From NCBI GenBank assembly GCA_964631605.1, contig CAZVYG010000014.1, positions 13,446 through 77,445 of the forward strand: a stretch of DNA of 64,000 nucleotides. The letters run 5' to 3'. The translations under genes were made by a program, and so were the position numbers. Below the pieces are notes generated by a model, which was not told the DNA's origin, did no database searches, and was given only the letters and a program-made list of their open reading frames with translations. The stretch is from an uncultured Verrucomicrobiota bacterium (GTDB taxonomy: Bacteria; Verrucomicrobiota; Verrucomicrobiia; Limisphaerales; UBA8199). Below, in pieces: positions 28,116 to 38,448 of the stretch. Positions within the stretch are counted from its first letter, which is position 1. Each line of letters begins with the position of its first letter.

Positions 28116-31016
28116 ATGAATTTTCAGTTCACCCAGCCTTACTACCTGCTGCTGCTGGTGCCGGCGCTGGCGTGGACGTTCTGGTTTGCCTGGAGGACCG
28201 ATGTGCAAACCAGCCGCTGGCGGCGGGCGCTCTCCCTCGGCATCCGGGTCGTTGTCCTTCTGTGCCTGATCTTCGCCCTGGCCGGGTTGCAGTGGCTCCG
28301 GCCGGTTGAAGGCATGAACGTCTTCTTCGTGCTCGACCGCTCGGACAGCATTCCCTCGCCCCAGCAGGAAGCCGCCCGCGAATACGTCAACCTGGTCAGC
28401 AACCGGAAGAAACCGATTGACCGGGCCGGCGTCATCGTCTTCGGCAGCGAGGCCAGCATCGAGTCCTCACCGAACTACGCGGTGGACCTGCAAAAAATCC
28501 AGGCGGTCGTCGGCACCGAACGCACCGACCTGGCCGGCGCCATTCGCCTGGCCACCGCCGCCTTTCCCGAGACCGGCCAGAAGCGGCTGGTGCTGCTGAC
28601 CGACGGGAACGAAAACGTGGGCGATGCCCTGAGCGCCGTCCTGGCCGCCCGCCCCCTGGGTGTCTCGGTGGATGTGGTGCCGCTCGGAGTCGCCCGCGCC
28701 AACGATCTGTTCGTGCAAAAACTCCAGGTCCCCGCCCGGCTCAAGAAAGGCCAATCTTTCGAGGCGAAAATCTTTGTCCAGTCCGAGCAGGCCCAATCCG
28801 CCACCGTCCGGCTTTACCGCAACGACCAGTTCCTCGGGGAACAGAAAGTGACCATGAGCCCGGGCAAAAACCTCTTCACCTTTCCCCAAACCCTGACCGA
28901 GCCCGGGTTTTACAGCTACGACGTCCGCATTGATGCGCCCGGCGACCCGCTGCCGCAGAACAACCGTGCCACCGGCTTCGCCATCGTCCGCGGCGAACCG
29001 CGCCTGTTAATCGTGTCGGCGGATCCCCAGCAGGATCGCCAACTGGCCGCTGCCCTGACCTCCTCCCGCCTCGAGGTCATGCTGGTGGGGCTGCCGGGTT
29101 TCCCGGCCACACTGGCTGAAATGCAGAGCTATGACGCGATCTTCATCAGCAATCTGGCCGCCGGCGATCTCGGGATGGACCGGCAGCGGCTCCTGGAAAG
29201 CGCCGTGCGCGATTTTGGTGTCGGGCTGGTCTGCGTGGGCGGCGACCAGGCTTATGCGGCGGGCGGCTACCGCGGCACACCGCTGGAAACCACCCTGCCC
29301 GTCAACATGGAGCTGGATAGCAAGAAAGTGCTGCCCAGCGGCGCCGTGGTGCTCGTCATGCACGGGATGGAATTCGCCAACGGCAACGAGGTCGCCCGCC
29401 AATGCGCCATCGGCGTGCTCGAAGCGCTCGGACCGCAGGACGAAATGGGGGTGCTGCTCTGGGACGGCTATGAGCGCTGGCTGTTCCCGCTGCAAAAAGT
29501 GGGACAGAAAGCCAGCCTCCGCCAGCAAATCGCCGGCATGAACCAGGGCGACCTCGGCAGCTTCCAGCAGATTCTTGAAATGGCCCGCGAAGGCCTCAAG
29601 AAATCGTCCGCCAACTTGAAACACATCATTGTATTTAGCGACGGTGACCCCGGCGCGCCCTCCGCCGAGCTGATGCAGGGAATTGTTGGGGACCGAATCA
29701 CCGTGAGCACTGTTCTGATCGCGGGTCATGCCGGTCCCGAGACCATGATCCAGATGGCGGACCAGGGACGCGGCCGGTTCTACAACGTGTCGTCGGCCTA
29801 TGATCTGCCCCAGATTTTCATCAAGGAAACGGCGGTGATTCTCAAATCCGCCATCTACGAAGAACCCTTCAAGCCTCAACTCCGGTCCTCGAGCGAAGTC
29901 GTCCGCGGCATTGGAGCCGATGAATACCCGCAGTTGCTCGGCTACGTGGCCACCACTCCAAAGGCGCGCGCCGAAACTCCCCTCTGGACCGACAAGGGCG
30001 ATCCGTTGCTGGCGCATTGGCAATACGGCCTTGGCCGGTCCGTAGCGTTCACCTCCGACGCCAAAGCCCGCTGGGGCCGCAACTGGCTCAACTGGGAGCG
30101 CTACCGTCAGTTCTGGTCCCAGGTCGGCCAGTGGAGCCTCCGCCGCCTGGACAATGCCGACTTTAACACCGAAGTCACCGTGGACAAAGGCGAGGCCATC
30201 CTCACCGTGGACGCCCTCGATGAACAGGGCAATTATCGCAATTTCCTCAACCTCCAGGCCGCCATCGTCAACCCAAAAGGTGAGCGGCAGACCGTCCGCA
30301 TCGAACAGACCGGTCCGGGCCATTATGAAGCCCGGTTTCCCACCAGCGAAGTGGGCGCCTACCTCCTCAACATCATGGACATGAAGGACGGCCAGTTGCG
30401 GGGCACCCAGGTCGTCGGCGCCAGCGTCAATTATTCCCCCGAATTCAACACCGCCGAACCCAACCTCAACCTGCTGCGCCGCCTGGCCGAGAGCGGCGGC
30501 GGCAAGCTGCTGGGCCGCGCCAACCTCGCCCTCAACTCCTTCTCCCACGACCGCCAGAAAACCTTCCAGCCCCAGCAGCTTTGGGAGCAGTTGCTCAAAC
30601 TGGCCATCCTGCTGTTCGTGGCCGACGTGGGGGTGCGGCGGGTCCAAGTTGATCGTGCGGAATGGCTTCGCTGGATGGCGGCGCTGCGCCGGCGTCTCTT
30701 TTTCTGGGAGACCGCGCCGCGGCCGGTCGAGGCGGATGAATCGCTCGCGGCACTGCTTGCGCGCCGTCAACAGGTCCGCTCCACCACCACGCCGCCTGTC
30801 GAACCGCGGCCGGATTTATTCCGGCCGCAACAACCGCCCGCAGTGGGTGAGCCCGCCTCGCCGCCGGCGACCGAACCGGGGGCAAGCCCCGTCTCCGCCA
30901 CGCCCCAACCCGTGCCTCAACCCGCGCCCGAGCCTCCGCCCACCCCAGCGCCGGGGGGCACGACCAGCCGCCTGCTCGAAGCCAAACGTCGCGCCCAGCA
31001 GCGCCGTCGAAAGTAG
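28116..31016 (+). CDS. BatA-N/VWA domain membrane protein (aerotolerance-operon-like; two vWA-like domains plus a class-I amidotransferase-like middle region)
   Basis: 966 aa. The N-terminus MNFQFTQPYYLLLLVPALAWTFWFAWR is of the BatA_N type. VWA MIDAS-like motifs are VFFVLDRSDSIP and HIIVFSDGDPGAP. A C-terminal TM segment is followed by a Pro-rich tail. Confidence 0.8.
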   Translation: MNFQFTQPYYLLLLVPALAWTFWFAWRTDVQTSRWRRALSLGIRVVVLLCLIFALAGLQWLRPVEGMNVFFVLDRSDSIPSPQQEAAREYVNLVSNRKKPIDRAGVIVFGSEASIESSPNYAVDLQKIQAVVGTERTDLAGAIRLATAAFPETGQKRLVLLTDGNENVGDALSAVLAARPLGVSVDVVPLGVARANDLFVQKLQVPARLKKGQSFEAKIFVQSEQAQSATVRLYRNDQFLGEQKVTMSPGKNLFTFPQTLTEPGFYSYDVRIDAPGDPLPQNNRATGFAIVRGEPRLLIVSADPQQDRQLAAALTSSRLEVMLVGLPGFPATLAEMQSYDAIFISNLAAGDLGMDRQRLLESAVRDFGVGLVCVGGDQAYAAGGYRGTPLETTLPVNMELDSKKVLPSGAVVLVMHGMEFANGNEVARQCAIGVLEALGPQDEMGVLLWDGYERWLFPLQKVGQKASLRQQIAGMNQGDLGSFQQILEMAREGLKKSSANLKHIIVFSDGDPGAPSAELMQGIVGDRITVSTVLIAGHAGPETMIQMADQGRGRFYNVSSAYDLPQIFIKETAVILKSAIYEEPFKPQLRSSSEVVRGIGADEYPQLLGYVATTPKARAETPLWTDKGDPLLAHWQYGLGRSVAFTSDAKARWGRNWLNWERYRQFWSQVGQWSLRRLDNADFNTEVTVDKGEAILTVDALDEQGNYRNFLNLQAAIVNPKGERQTVRIEQTGPGHYEARFPTSEVGAYLLNIMDMKDGQLRGTQVVGASVNYSPEFNTAEPNLNLLRRLAESGGGKLLGRANLALNSFSHDRQKTFQPQQLWEQLLKLAILLFVADVGVRRVQVDRAEWLRWMAALRRRLFFWETAPRPVEADESLAALLARRQQVRSTTTPPVEPRPDLFRPQQPPAVGEPASPPATEPGASPVSATPQPVPQPAPEPPPTPAPGGTTSRLLEAKRRAQQRRRK

Positions 31017-31069
31017 CCCCTTTTTCTTTGTCCCGTTTTGCCGTGCACAGGGGCCGCCGGTCTGCGGTA

Positions 31070-31636
31070 TCAACGGCTGCCAGGCTTCATGGCTGGTACC
31101 GCCGCAAGGTCGGGGGGCAGCTTGTCCGGCTCGAACGTCTCGACCTCAATTTTCAGCAGGCTGAACATGGGCAACCCGAAGTCAACCGCCCCGCCGGACC
31201 GGTCCACCGCCATGGCAACGCCCACGACTTCGCCGCCGTGGGCGCGAACAATCTCAATGGTCTCCTGCACCCGGCCCCCCTTGGTAACCACGTCCTCAAC
31301 CACCAGCACCTTTTCCCCGCTTGAAATCCGGAAGCCGCGCCGCAACACGAGTTTGCCTTCTTCCTTCTCGACGAAGATGAAGCGCAGGCGCAGTTGGCGG
31401 GCCAGCTCCTGCCCCAGCACCAGGCCGCCCATTGCCGGAGAAACCACCGTCGCCGCCCCCAGCCCCTTGACTTTGGCCGCCAGCTCTGCGCCCAGCTTCT
31501 CCACGATCGGCATCTGCTGCAGGGCCAATGCGCATTGAAAATACTGCCGGCTGTGAAGCCCGCTTCGGAGGATGAAATGCCCCTCGAGCAGCGCTCCTGT
31601 ATCGCGAAAAACCTGGAGAATTTCTGACTCGGTCAT
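31070..31636 (-). CDS. pyrE: orotate phosphoribosyltransferase
   Basis: 188 aa. It has the N-terminal LLEGHFILRSGLHSRQYFQCA block and the PRPP-binding motif VLVVEDVVTKGGRV. Confidence 0.9.
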   Translation of the reverse strand: MTESEILQVFRDTGALLEGHFILRSGLHSRQYFQCALALQQMPIVEKLGAELAAKVKGLGAATVVSPAMGGLVLGQELARQLRLRFIFVEKEEGKLVLRRGFRISSGEKVLVVEDVVTKGGRVQETIEIVRAHGGEVVGVAMAVDRSGGAVDFGLPMFSLLKIEVETFEPDKLPPDLAAVPAMKPGSR

Positions 31637-31761
31637 GCGCGGAGACTAATCGCGGTGGCCGGCCATGACAAGCGGCTGGCGGCACTGTTGGCAAGAGTTG
31701 CCAACGTCCGTCTCGCGGCGACCGTTTTTTGTGCAATGGCCCTTCGGCCTCCAGCGGGCAA

Positions 31762-32574
31762 TCAGAAACCGATGCTGATGCCCCCGTCCACCGGCAGCAG
31801 CGCGCCGGTGACAAACTGGGCCGCTGGCGAACAGAGGTAAACCGCCGCCCACCCCACGTCCTGGGGTTTGCCAAACCGGTTCATGGGAGTGCGCCCCAGG
31901 ACCTTTTGTCGGCGCGCGGGATCGCCCTCCATGGCTTTGCGCGTCATGTCGGTCTCGATCCAGCCGGGAGCAACGGCATTGACGCGCACTCCGTAACATG
32001 AGACTTCCGTCGCCAGCGTCCGGATCATGCCCAGCATCGCGGTCTTGGCTGCCGCATAAGCCACCACCAGCGGAATGCCAAACAGGGAGGCCATTGAGGC
32101 AACAAAAAGAATATTCCCGTGTTTGCGTTCGATCATGCTGGGCAGGACTGCCTGGTTCAGGGCGTGGGCGGCCAGCACGTGGGTCTGCAAGACGGTTTGG
32201 AATTCCGCCGAGGTGGTTTTCAATGCCGACTTTTTCAAGTGGTTGCCGGCGTTGTTAACCAGAATGGAAATCGGGGCGCCCGCGGCTGATTCCGCGGCTT
32301 TCACCAGCCTCTCCGCCCGCTCCAGATGGGTGACGTCGTGAGCCACGAACGAGGCCATCGGGCCCAGGCGGGCGGCGGCCTCTGCCAGCGGCGCTTCCCG
32401 ACGCCCCGCCAAAACCACCCGCGCCCCGGCGGCCACCATGCATTCCGCAATCGCCAGGCCCAGACCGCTCCCCCCACCCGTCACCAAGGCTGTTTCGTCA
32501 TCCAACCGAAACGGGGTTGGGACCTGCTTTCGTTCTGATCCTGTGGGGCGCGATGCCTTCATTCTGTCTGACAA
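31762..32574 (-). CDS. SDR-family oxidoreductase (gluconate 5-dehydrogenase / FabG-like)
   Basis: Carries [11 protein letters not shown] (the TGxxxGxG motif), NNAG and the catalytic YAAAKTA (YxxxK). The C-terminus GALLPVDGG is typical of classical SDRs. Confidence 0.85.
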   Translation of the reverse strand: MSDRMKASRPTGSERKQVPTPFRLDDETALVTGGGSGLGLAIAECMVAAGARVVLAGRREAPLAEAAARLGPMASFVAHDVTHLERAERLVKAAESAAGAPISILVNNAGNHLKKSALKTTSAEFQTVLQTHVLAAHALNQAVLPSMIERKHGNILFVASMASLFGIPLVVAYAAAKTAMLGMIRTLATEVSCYGVRVNAVAPGWIETDMTRKAMEGDPARRQKVLGRTPMNRFGKPQDVGWAAVYLCSPAAQFVTGALLPVDGGISIGF

Positions 32575-32739
32575 TAAGCCTCGCCACCCGCCTCCGACAA
32601 GGCGGATTCCCCGGGACTGTTTCCCCGCTACTCAGCTTGGGGTGGGCTCCGGGTTTTTACGGGGCTTTTGCCCGTGAAAATCGTGAACAGTTGTAGGTGC
32701 AATTCGTCCAAGGTGTGGTATTCTGAATCGGATTTTAGA

Positions 32740-35133
32740 ATGAAGTTGGAACTTTTTGCCGTCAGGCTCCTGGCTCTGGGTTTTTCCGGATTGCTCCTTC
32801 TTAACACTTGGGCTCAGCCCGGCCCGGCCGCGCCGGCAGCGCCCGAGGCCCGAAAACCCGGCACCCATGAGTTCCGTCTCATCAGCCCGGGACCGGCGGA
32901 TGCCCGCATTGCCTTCATCACGGCCAAAATGCTGGAGGAACTCCAGTACGACCGAAAGCCGTTTGGGGACACGATCTCCAGCCAGTTCCTGGACCGCTAC
33001 CTGGAGTCGCTTGACCCTCAGCACCTTCACTTCCTCCAAAGTGATCTTGCCGAATTCGAACGTTACCGGACCAATCTCGACGACCTCACCATTCGCCGCA
33101 CCCAGCTTGCCGACACCCGCCCCGCCTTCGAAATTTTTAACCGGTTTGTGGAACGTTTGCACCAGCGCGTGACCTACGTGGACAACCTCCTGACCAATGA
33201 AACCTTTACCTTCGACACCGACGACAAAATCACCATAAACCGGCGCAAACTGCCTTATCCCAAGGACATCCAGGAAGCCCAGGAGCTCTGGCGGGGCCGC
33301 CTCCGTTACGAATACCTCCAGGAAAAACTCGGGAAAGCCGAGGCGCGGAAGAAAGCCCAAAAAGCCAGCGGCGGGACCAACCAGCTCAACGGAGCCGCCA
33401 GTCCGCTTAAGAAACCCCGCAGCGACGCCGAACAGATTGTCGAAACCCTCACCAACCGCTACCATCGAACCCTCCGCACCTTCCGGGATTGGGACAACGA
33501 TGACGTGATGCAGGTTTATTTGACCGCCCTGGCTCACGTGTACGATCCGCATTCAGATTACTTCGGCCACGAACAACTTGACAGCTTCTCCATCACCATG
33601 AACCTCAGTTTGTTCGGCATCGGCGCCGAATTGCAGTCTGAGGATGGGTATTGCACCATTCGCCGCCTTCTGCCCGGCGGGCCGGCTGAGAAAAGCCGCA
33701 AGCTCAAGGAAAAAGACCGCATCGTAGCCGTGGCGCAGAGCAATCAACCGCCCGTGGATGTGGTTGAGATGAGCCTCAACAAAGCCGTCCAGCTTATTCG
33801 CGGACCCAAAGGGACGGAAGTGCGCTTGACGGTCATTCCCGCCGGCGCCGATTCCTCCGAACGCGTTGAAATCCGCCTGATCCGGGACGAAATCAAGCTG
33901 GAAGACCAGGCCGCCAAGGCCAAACTCATCGAGTTTCCTCCGCGCGGCCCGGCCGAGAACCCGGTGCGCATCGGGGTGATTGATCTGCCCTCTTTCTACG
34001 CTTCGTTCGATCCAGCCCACACGCGGGGCAAAGGAGAAGTTCGAAGCACGGCAGCGGATGTCGCCAGGCTTCTGACCAAGCTGAAGCAGGAGAACGTCAG
34101 CGGCATCGTTCTGGACCTGCGCCGCAATGGCGGCGGGTCCCTCGAGGAAGCCAAGCGTCTGACCGGCCTTTTCATCAAGGAAGGCCCCGTCGTCCAGGTC
34201 CGCGACGCCGACGGCTCCATCGAGGAGGATCGGGACACTGACCCTTCCGTTCTTTATGAAGGGCCGCTGGTTGTTCTCACCAGCCGCTTCAGCGCCTCCG
34301 CCTCCGAGATTCTGGCCGGGGCGCTCCAGGATTACGGGCGCGCGCTCATTGTGGGAGACGCCTCCACGCATGGCAAAGGCACCGTCCAAAGCGTCAACAC
34401 GCTCAAGCCTTACATGCGACTGGGCAATGTGGTCTGGACCAATGATCCCGGAGCGCTGAAGGTAACCATCAAAAAGTTTTACCGCGCCAGCGGCGCCTCC
34501 ACCCAACTCAAAGGCGTCGTGCCTGACATCGTCCTGCCTTCGGTCATCAGCGAATCCCAGGACTTCGGGGAAAGCTCGCTGGACAATCCCATGCCTTGGG
34601 ACACCATCCCCAGCGCCGAATTTCAGCGTCTCAATCTCGTGGACAGCTTTGCCCCCGAATTGCGCAAGCGCTCCGCCGAGCGGGTGGCCCGCGACCAGGA
34701 CTTCGCCTACATCCGCGAAGACATCGAGCAGTTCAAGAAACTGCAGGAGGACAAGACCATCTCGCTCAACGAACAACAGCGGATCAAAGAGAAGGAAGAG
34801 GCTGAGGCGCGTCAAAAAGCCCGTGACCGCGAGCGCCGCGCCCGTCCGGAACCGCTCGAGAAAGTGTACGAGATCACGCTCAAGCAAGTGGATTTGCCCG
34901 GACTGCCGCCCCCGGTTCAACGAACGAACCAGTTGTCCAGCGCGACCAGCTCCGGCGCCGATGCCCACCTTTCCGCCAGCGTGGACGCCGGAGGCGGCGA
35001 CGGTTCGGAGGACCTCGAGAATGCCAACGAGTCGGCCCCGGCTGTGGACCCGATCCTCGACGAGGCCCAGCGGATTCTGCTCGACTACCTGTCCCTCCTC
35101 CGCAAGCGCGAGGTGGTGGCCGCCGGTTCCTGA
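32740..35133 (+). CDS. carboxy-terminal processing (tail-specific) protease, peptidase S41
   Basis: ORF from 32668. The signal-peptide start MKLELFAVRLLALGFSGLLLLNTWAQ is at 32740. Prc-type N-terminal blocks (LDPQHLHFLQSDL) are followed by a PDZ region and then the S41 catalytic region (GIVLDLRRNGGGSL, SASASEILAGALQDY, THGKGTVQ). Confidence 0.85.
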   Translation: MKLELFAVRLLALGFSGLLLLNTWAQPGPAAPAAPEARKPGTHEFRLISPGPADARIAFITAKMLEELQYDRKPFGDTISSQFLDRYLESLDPQHLHFLQSDLAEFERYRTNLDDLTIRRTQLADTRPAFEIFNRFVERLHQRVTYVDNLLTNETFTFDTDDKITINRRKLPYPKDIQEAQELWRGRLRYEYLQEKLGKAEARKKAQKASGGTNQLNGAASPLKKPRSDAEQIVETLTNRYHRTLRTFRDWDNDDVMQVYLTALAHVYDPHSDYFGHEQLDSFSITMNLSLFGIGAELQSEDGYCTIRRLLPGGPAEKSRKLKEKDRIVAVAQSNQPPVDVVEMSLNKAVQLIRGPKGTEVRLTVIPAGADSSERVEIRLIRDEIKLEDQAAKAKLIEFPPRGPAENPVRIGVIDLPSFYASFDPAHTRGKGEVRSTAADVARLLTKLKQENVSGIVLDLRRNGGGSLEEAKRLTGLFIKEGPVVQVRDADGSIEEDRDTDPSVLYEGPLVVLTSRFSASASEILAGALQDYGRALIVGDASTHGKGTVQSVNTLKPYMRLGNVVWTNDPGALKVTIKKFYRASGASTQLKGVVPDIVLPSVISESQDFGESSLDNPMPWDTIPSAEFQRLNLVDSFAPELRKRSAERVARDQDFAYIREDIEQFKKLQEDKTISLNEQQRIKEKEEAEARQKARDRERRARPEPLEKVYEITLKQVDLPGLPPPVQRTNQLSSATSSGADAHLSASVDAGGGDGSEDLENANESAPAVDPILDEAQRILLDYLSLLRKREVVAAGS

Positions 35134-35253
35134 GGCCTTGCTTTGCGGCGCATCCGGGAAGAGAACTCGGACATTCCTGTCCGCCTTCTCCATTGCCAGA
35201 GTTCGGCGTGACCGTCGGCGAAACTGACGAGTCAGGCGCGCCTTGGTGTCAGG

Positions 35254-36939
35254 CTAACGTTTGGCCGGGCGGGTTGCCGACTTGATCCTGCCCGAGGCGT
35301 GGAGCACCTGGCCGTCGGCCAGGAGGCGTTGGCGGAGCGCCTCGTACGGCACGTCCTGCGCCGGGCACGAGCCGTCCAACGCCAGCACGGCGGCGGTGGC
35401 GGCGGACTGAGCCAGGATCATGAACACCGGCTCCATGCGAATCGAACCAAAGGCAATGTGCGACGCCGAGGCGCACACCGGCACGAGCAGATTGTGGCAC
35501 TGATCGCGCTTCGGCACCAGCGCGCCATAGGCGATCTCGTACGGACCGCCGGTGGATACGCCGATGTCACCCTCGTTTTGCACGCAGCCCTCCGGCGTGA
35601 TGTAGCGTTGCACGTTATGCGAATCAATCGTGTAGCTGCCCATGCCGACCGACTGGGGCGTGGGGCGCTTTTTCAGCAGCTCCTGCTCGGTCATCACGAA
35701 CTGGCCGATCATCCGCCGGGCCTCGCGCACGTAAATCTGGTGCGGCCAGCCGCCATTGTCCTGGAATTCATCCTTCGGCAAGCCCCAGCGGCGCATTTCC
35801 TGTTGCACGTCCACCGGCACGCGCGGGTCGTTGGCGATGAAGAACAGCCAGCCTTTTTGGTAGGCTTCGTGTTCGCGCAGGATTTCCCGGCGGCGCTCGT
35901 AGCCGGCTTCGGGATAATCGTAGTTCATCCCGATATTGTCGGTGCTGAACGGGCCGTGATTGTTGGAATCGGTCTTGCGATTCGGGATGGGATCAAATTT
36001 TTCGAAGGTCTCGCGCCAGCCTGCGTTGAAAACCCGCACGAGCACTTCGTATTGTGCGGGGTCGTAGCCCGCCGGTTTGGGCAAGGGGAGGCGGTTTTCG
36101 GGATGGTCGGTCAGGCACATGCGATAGCAATAGGCCTGCACCTTGCGGTCGCCCTGGCCATACTCGCCCGGGGGCTCGGTGCTGATGCGGGGCAGCACGC
36201 CACTGGCCGGGTTGCCGGGCACGACATACGGACTGATCTTTTGGCGAAGCACGCCGAAGTGATGCCGATGATGCAGCACGCCCGTTTGGACGCCGTTCCA
36301 GGTTTCGCCGTAAACCGCATTGGCCTCGCGCCCCACGTGATACTCCACGCCCGCCGCGGCCAGCAGGTCGCCCTCGTAGGTGGCATCAATGAACATCCCG
36401 CCCGCAAACGTCTTGCCGCTCAGCATGGTTATGGTCTGGATGCGCGCGCCAGACTTCTTGACGCCCTGGGCGCGATCCAGCCATTCGTCCCGGAACACGG
36501 GAATTCGGTGCTCGCGGACCAAATCTTCGAAAACCTGCTCGGCCACGTGCGGCTCGAAGACCCACATGGTTTGGTACTCGCCGTCAATGGCCGGGAGGCC
36601 CTGGCCTTTGTTGCCGAAGCTCTCGGGACTTTGCCAGCGCCAGGCTTCCGGTTTCTGGTAGTGCAGCCAGACGCGGTGGTAAAACTCGCGGGCCAGACCG
36701 CCGATCACGGATTTGTCCCCCGTATCGGTGAAGCCCAGTCCCCCGCTGGACAGGCCGCCCAAATGCCTGTCCGGGCACACAATCACGGTGGACTTGCCCA
36801 TGCGCGCGGCTTGGACGGCAGCGATCACGGCCGCGCTGGTGCCGCCGTAGATCACCACGTCGGCCGTGGACGGGGCGGCCGGCACGAGGGTATTTGCCTC
36901 AGTCAGCAACAACAACAAAAGGGTTCGGAGTTTCATCAA
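35254..36939 (-). CDS. secreted FAD-dependent oxidoreductase (PF12831-type, common in PVC/Bacteroidota glycan loci)
   Basis: Signal peptide followed by a Rossmann motif, DVVIYGGTSAAVIAAVQAARMGKSTVIVCPDRHLGGLSSGG. 561 aa. Confidence 0.8.
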   Translation of the reverse strand: MMKLRTLLLLLLTEANTLVPAAPSTADVVIYGGTSAAVIAAVQAARMGKSTVIVCPDRHLGGLSSGGLGFTDTGDKSVIGGLAREFYHRVWLHYQKPEAWRWQSPESFGNKGQGLPAIDGEYQTMWVFEPHVAEQVFEDLVREHRIPVFRDEWLDRAQGVKKSGARIQTITMLSGKTFAGGMFIDATYEGDLLAAAGVEYHVGREANAVYGETWNGVQTGVLHHRHHFGVLRQKISPYVVPGNPASGVLPRISTEPPGEYGQGDRKVQAYCYRMCLTDHPENRLPLPKPAGYDPAQYEVLVRVFNAGWRETFEKFDPIPNRKTDSNNHGPFSTDNIGMNYDYPEAGYERRREILREHEAYQKGWLFFIANDPRVPVDVQQEMRRWGLPKDEFQDNGGWPHQIYVREARRMIGQFVMTEQELLKKRPTPQSVGMGSYTIDSHNVQRYITPEGCVQNEGDIGVSTGGPYEIAYGALVPKRDQCHNLLVPVCASASHIAFGSIRMEPVFMILAQSAATAAVLALDGSCPAQDVPYEALRQRLLADGQVLHASGRIKSATRPAKR

Positions 36940-37332
36940 GTCGTTTCCTACGGTCTGGCCGGGTTGCCTGTTTCGAGCGCGCGCGACAGGTCCGGAAGCA
37001 CCACGGGCTCGCCCAGAACACGACCGGGGCCGGGTCGGTTTGTTTCGCCAGCGGGCATGACAAACACAGCCCTGCTCCCATCTTACATGAATGTACCCGG
37101 CCAGACCTTAACCAGGATCTCGCTGACAGACTCAAGCCTGCGCTGGCCTCAGTCAAAGCCAAAACTCGCCGGCGCAGGACGCCGAGCTCCGCGCAAATCC
37201 GTTCCCTGGTCGAGCACCCCCGAGAGCCTGCCGCCCTCGGAACTCAACGCCGCACAATGGCCGACCGTCAATCGGGCCGCCCGGAGCATCAGGACTTTAC
37301 CTGGTCCACTCCCGCCCGATAGAGTTGCAGCC

Positions 37333-38448
37333 ATGGTCGGCATCGAAAACAGCAAGCTATTCGCCGCGCTCGGGCCTGGGGAGCAACGCCGGTTGCGCCA
37401 AGCTTCCCGGGAGCAACACCACCCTCGCGGCCGGGTCATCTTCCGCGAGGGCGACCCCGGCGATGGCCTGTACCTGCTGAAATCAGGCTGCGTCGAAATC
37501 TCCGGCCTGTTGAGCGGTGCGCGCCGCCAAATCCTCTCCCGTTTCGGCCCGGGTGACGTCTTCGGTGAAATGGCGGTGATCGAAAACGCCCCGCGTTCGG
37601 CCACGGCCATGGCAGTCGAGGACACCGTGGTGGACTTCATCCCCCGCCAGGCCATGCTTGAGGCTGTCGAGCGCTCGCCGGCGCTGGCTCTCGCGCTCTT
37701 GCGGGAAATCAGCGCCCGCCTGCGCGACTTCGACCGGCAGTATCTGCGGGACGTGCTGCAGGCGGAACGACTGGCCATCGTTGGCCGATTCGCCCGCTCC
37801 ATCATCCACGACCTGAAGAATCCCCTTGCAATCATCGGCCTGGCCGCCGAGATGGTCAACCTGCCGAATGCTTCGCTCGAGGCCCGGGAGCGGGCGGTGG
37901 GCAATATCCGCGCCCAGATCGAACGGATCGGCGAGATGATCGGGGAGATCATCGAGTTCACCCAGGGCCCCCAGCCCGCCGTGGTGCTCCCCGCCATGGA
38001 TTACGCCCGGTTCACTCGAGAAGTGGTTGACGAATTGCGCCCCGAAGCGGCGCTCAAACGGGTCACGCTCGAGCTCGACGCCGGCGCCGATCCTGTTCCC
38101 GTACGACTGCATCCCAAACGCCTGCGCCGCGTCTTCCACAACCTCGTGCACAACGCCACCGACGCCATGCAGGGCGGCGGCGTCATCCGCGTCCGCCTCC
38201 AGCTCAAACCGGCGGAAGTGGTCACCGAGGTGGAGGATACCGGCCCGGGCCTTCCGCCTGAGATTCTCGGCCAATTGTTCGAGCCCTTCGTCACCCACGG
38301 CAAAGCGGAAGGCACCGGCCTGGGGCTTTCAATCTGCCGCCGCGTGATTGAAGAACATGGCGGCTGGATTGCCGCCCGCAACCTGCCGGACCGCGGCGCG
38401 GTCTTCTCGTTCGGCTTGCCGCGGCCCAAGCCGGAGGCCGTATCATGA
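37333..38448 (+). CDS. cyclic-nucleotide-binding-domain sensor histidine kinase (soluble)
   Basis: Belongs to the long ORF 35299..38448, whose first 2 kb is antisense to the FAD oxidoreductase and was rejected. The ATG is at 37333. The cNMP-binding fold reads GRVIFREGDPGDGLYLLKSGCVEI...FGEMAVIENAPRSATA. The H-box is FARSIIHDLKNPL, and a HATPase_c domain follows (HNLVHNATDA...DTGPGLP...GTGLGLSIC). Confidence 0.8.
   Translation: MVGIENSKLFAALGPGEQRRLRQASREQHHPRGRVIFREGDPGDGLYLLKSGCVEISGLLSGARRQILSRFGPGDVFGEMAVIENAPRSATAMAVEDTVVDFIPRQAMLEAVERSPALALALLREISARLRDFDRQYLRDVLQAERLAIVGRFARSIIHDLKNPLAIIGLAAEMVNLPNASLEARERAVGNIRAQIERIGEMIGEIIEFTQGPQPAVVLPAMDYARFTREVVDELRPEAALKRVTLELDAGADPVPVRLHPKRLRRVFHNLVHNATDAMQGGGVIRVRLQLKPAEVVTEVEDTGPGLPPEILGQLFEPFVTHGKAEGTGLGLSICRRVIEEHGGWIAARNLPDRGAVFSFGLPRPKPEAVS

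Noticed and set aside
35299-37332. The first roughly 2 kb of the 1049-aa plus-strand ORF 35299..38448.
   Set aside because: This part is antisense to the FAD-dependent oxidoreductase and has a junk-like sequence. Only the part from ATG 37333 onward shows cNMP-binding and histidine kinase motifs.
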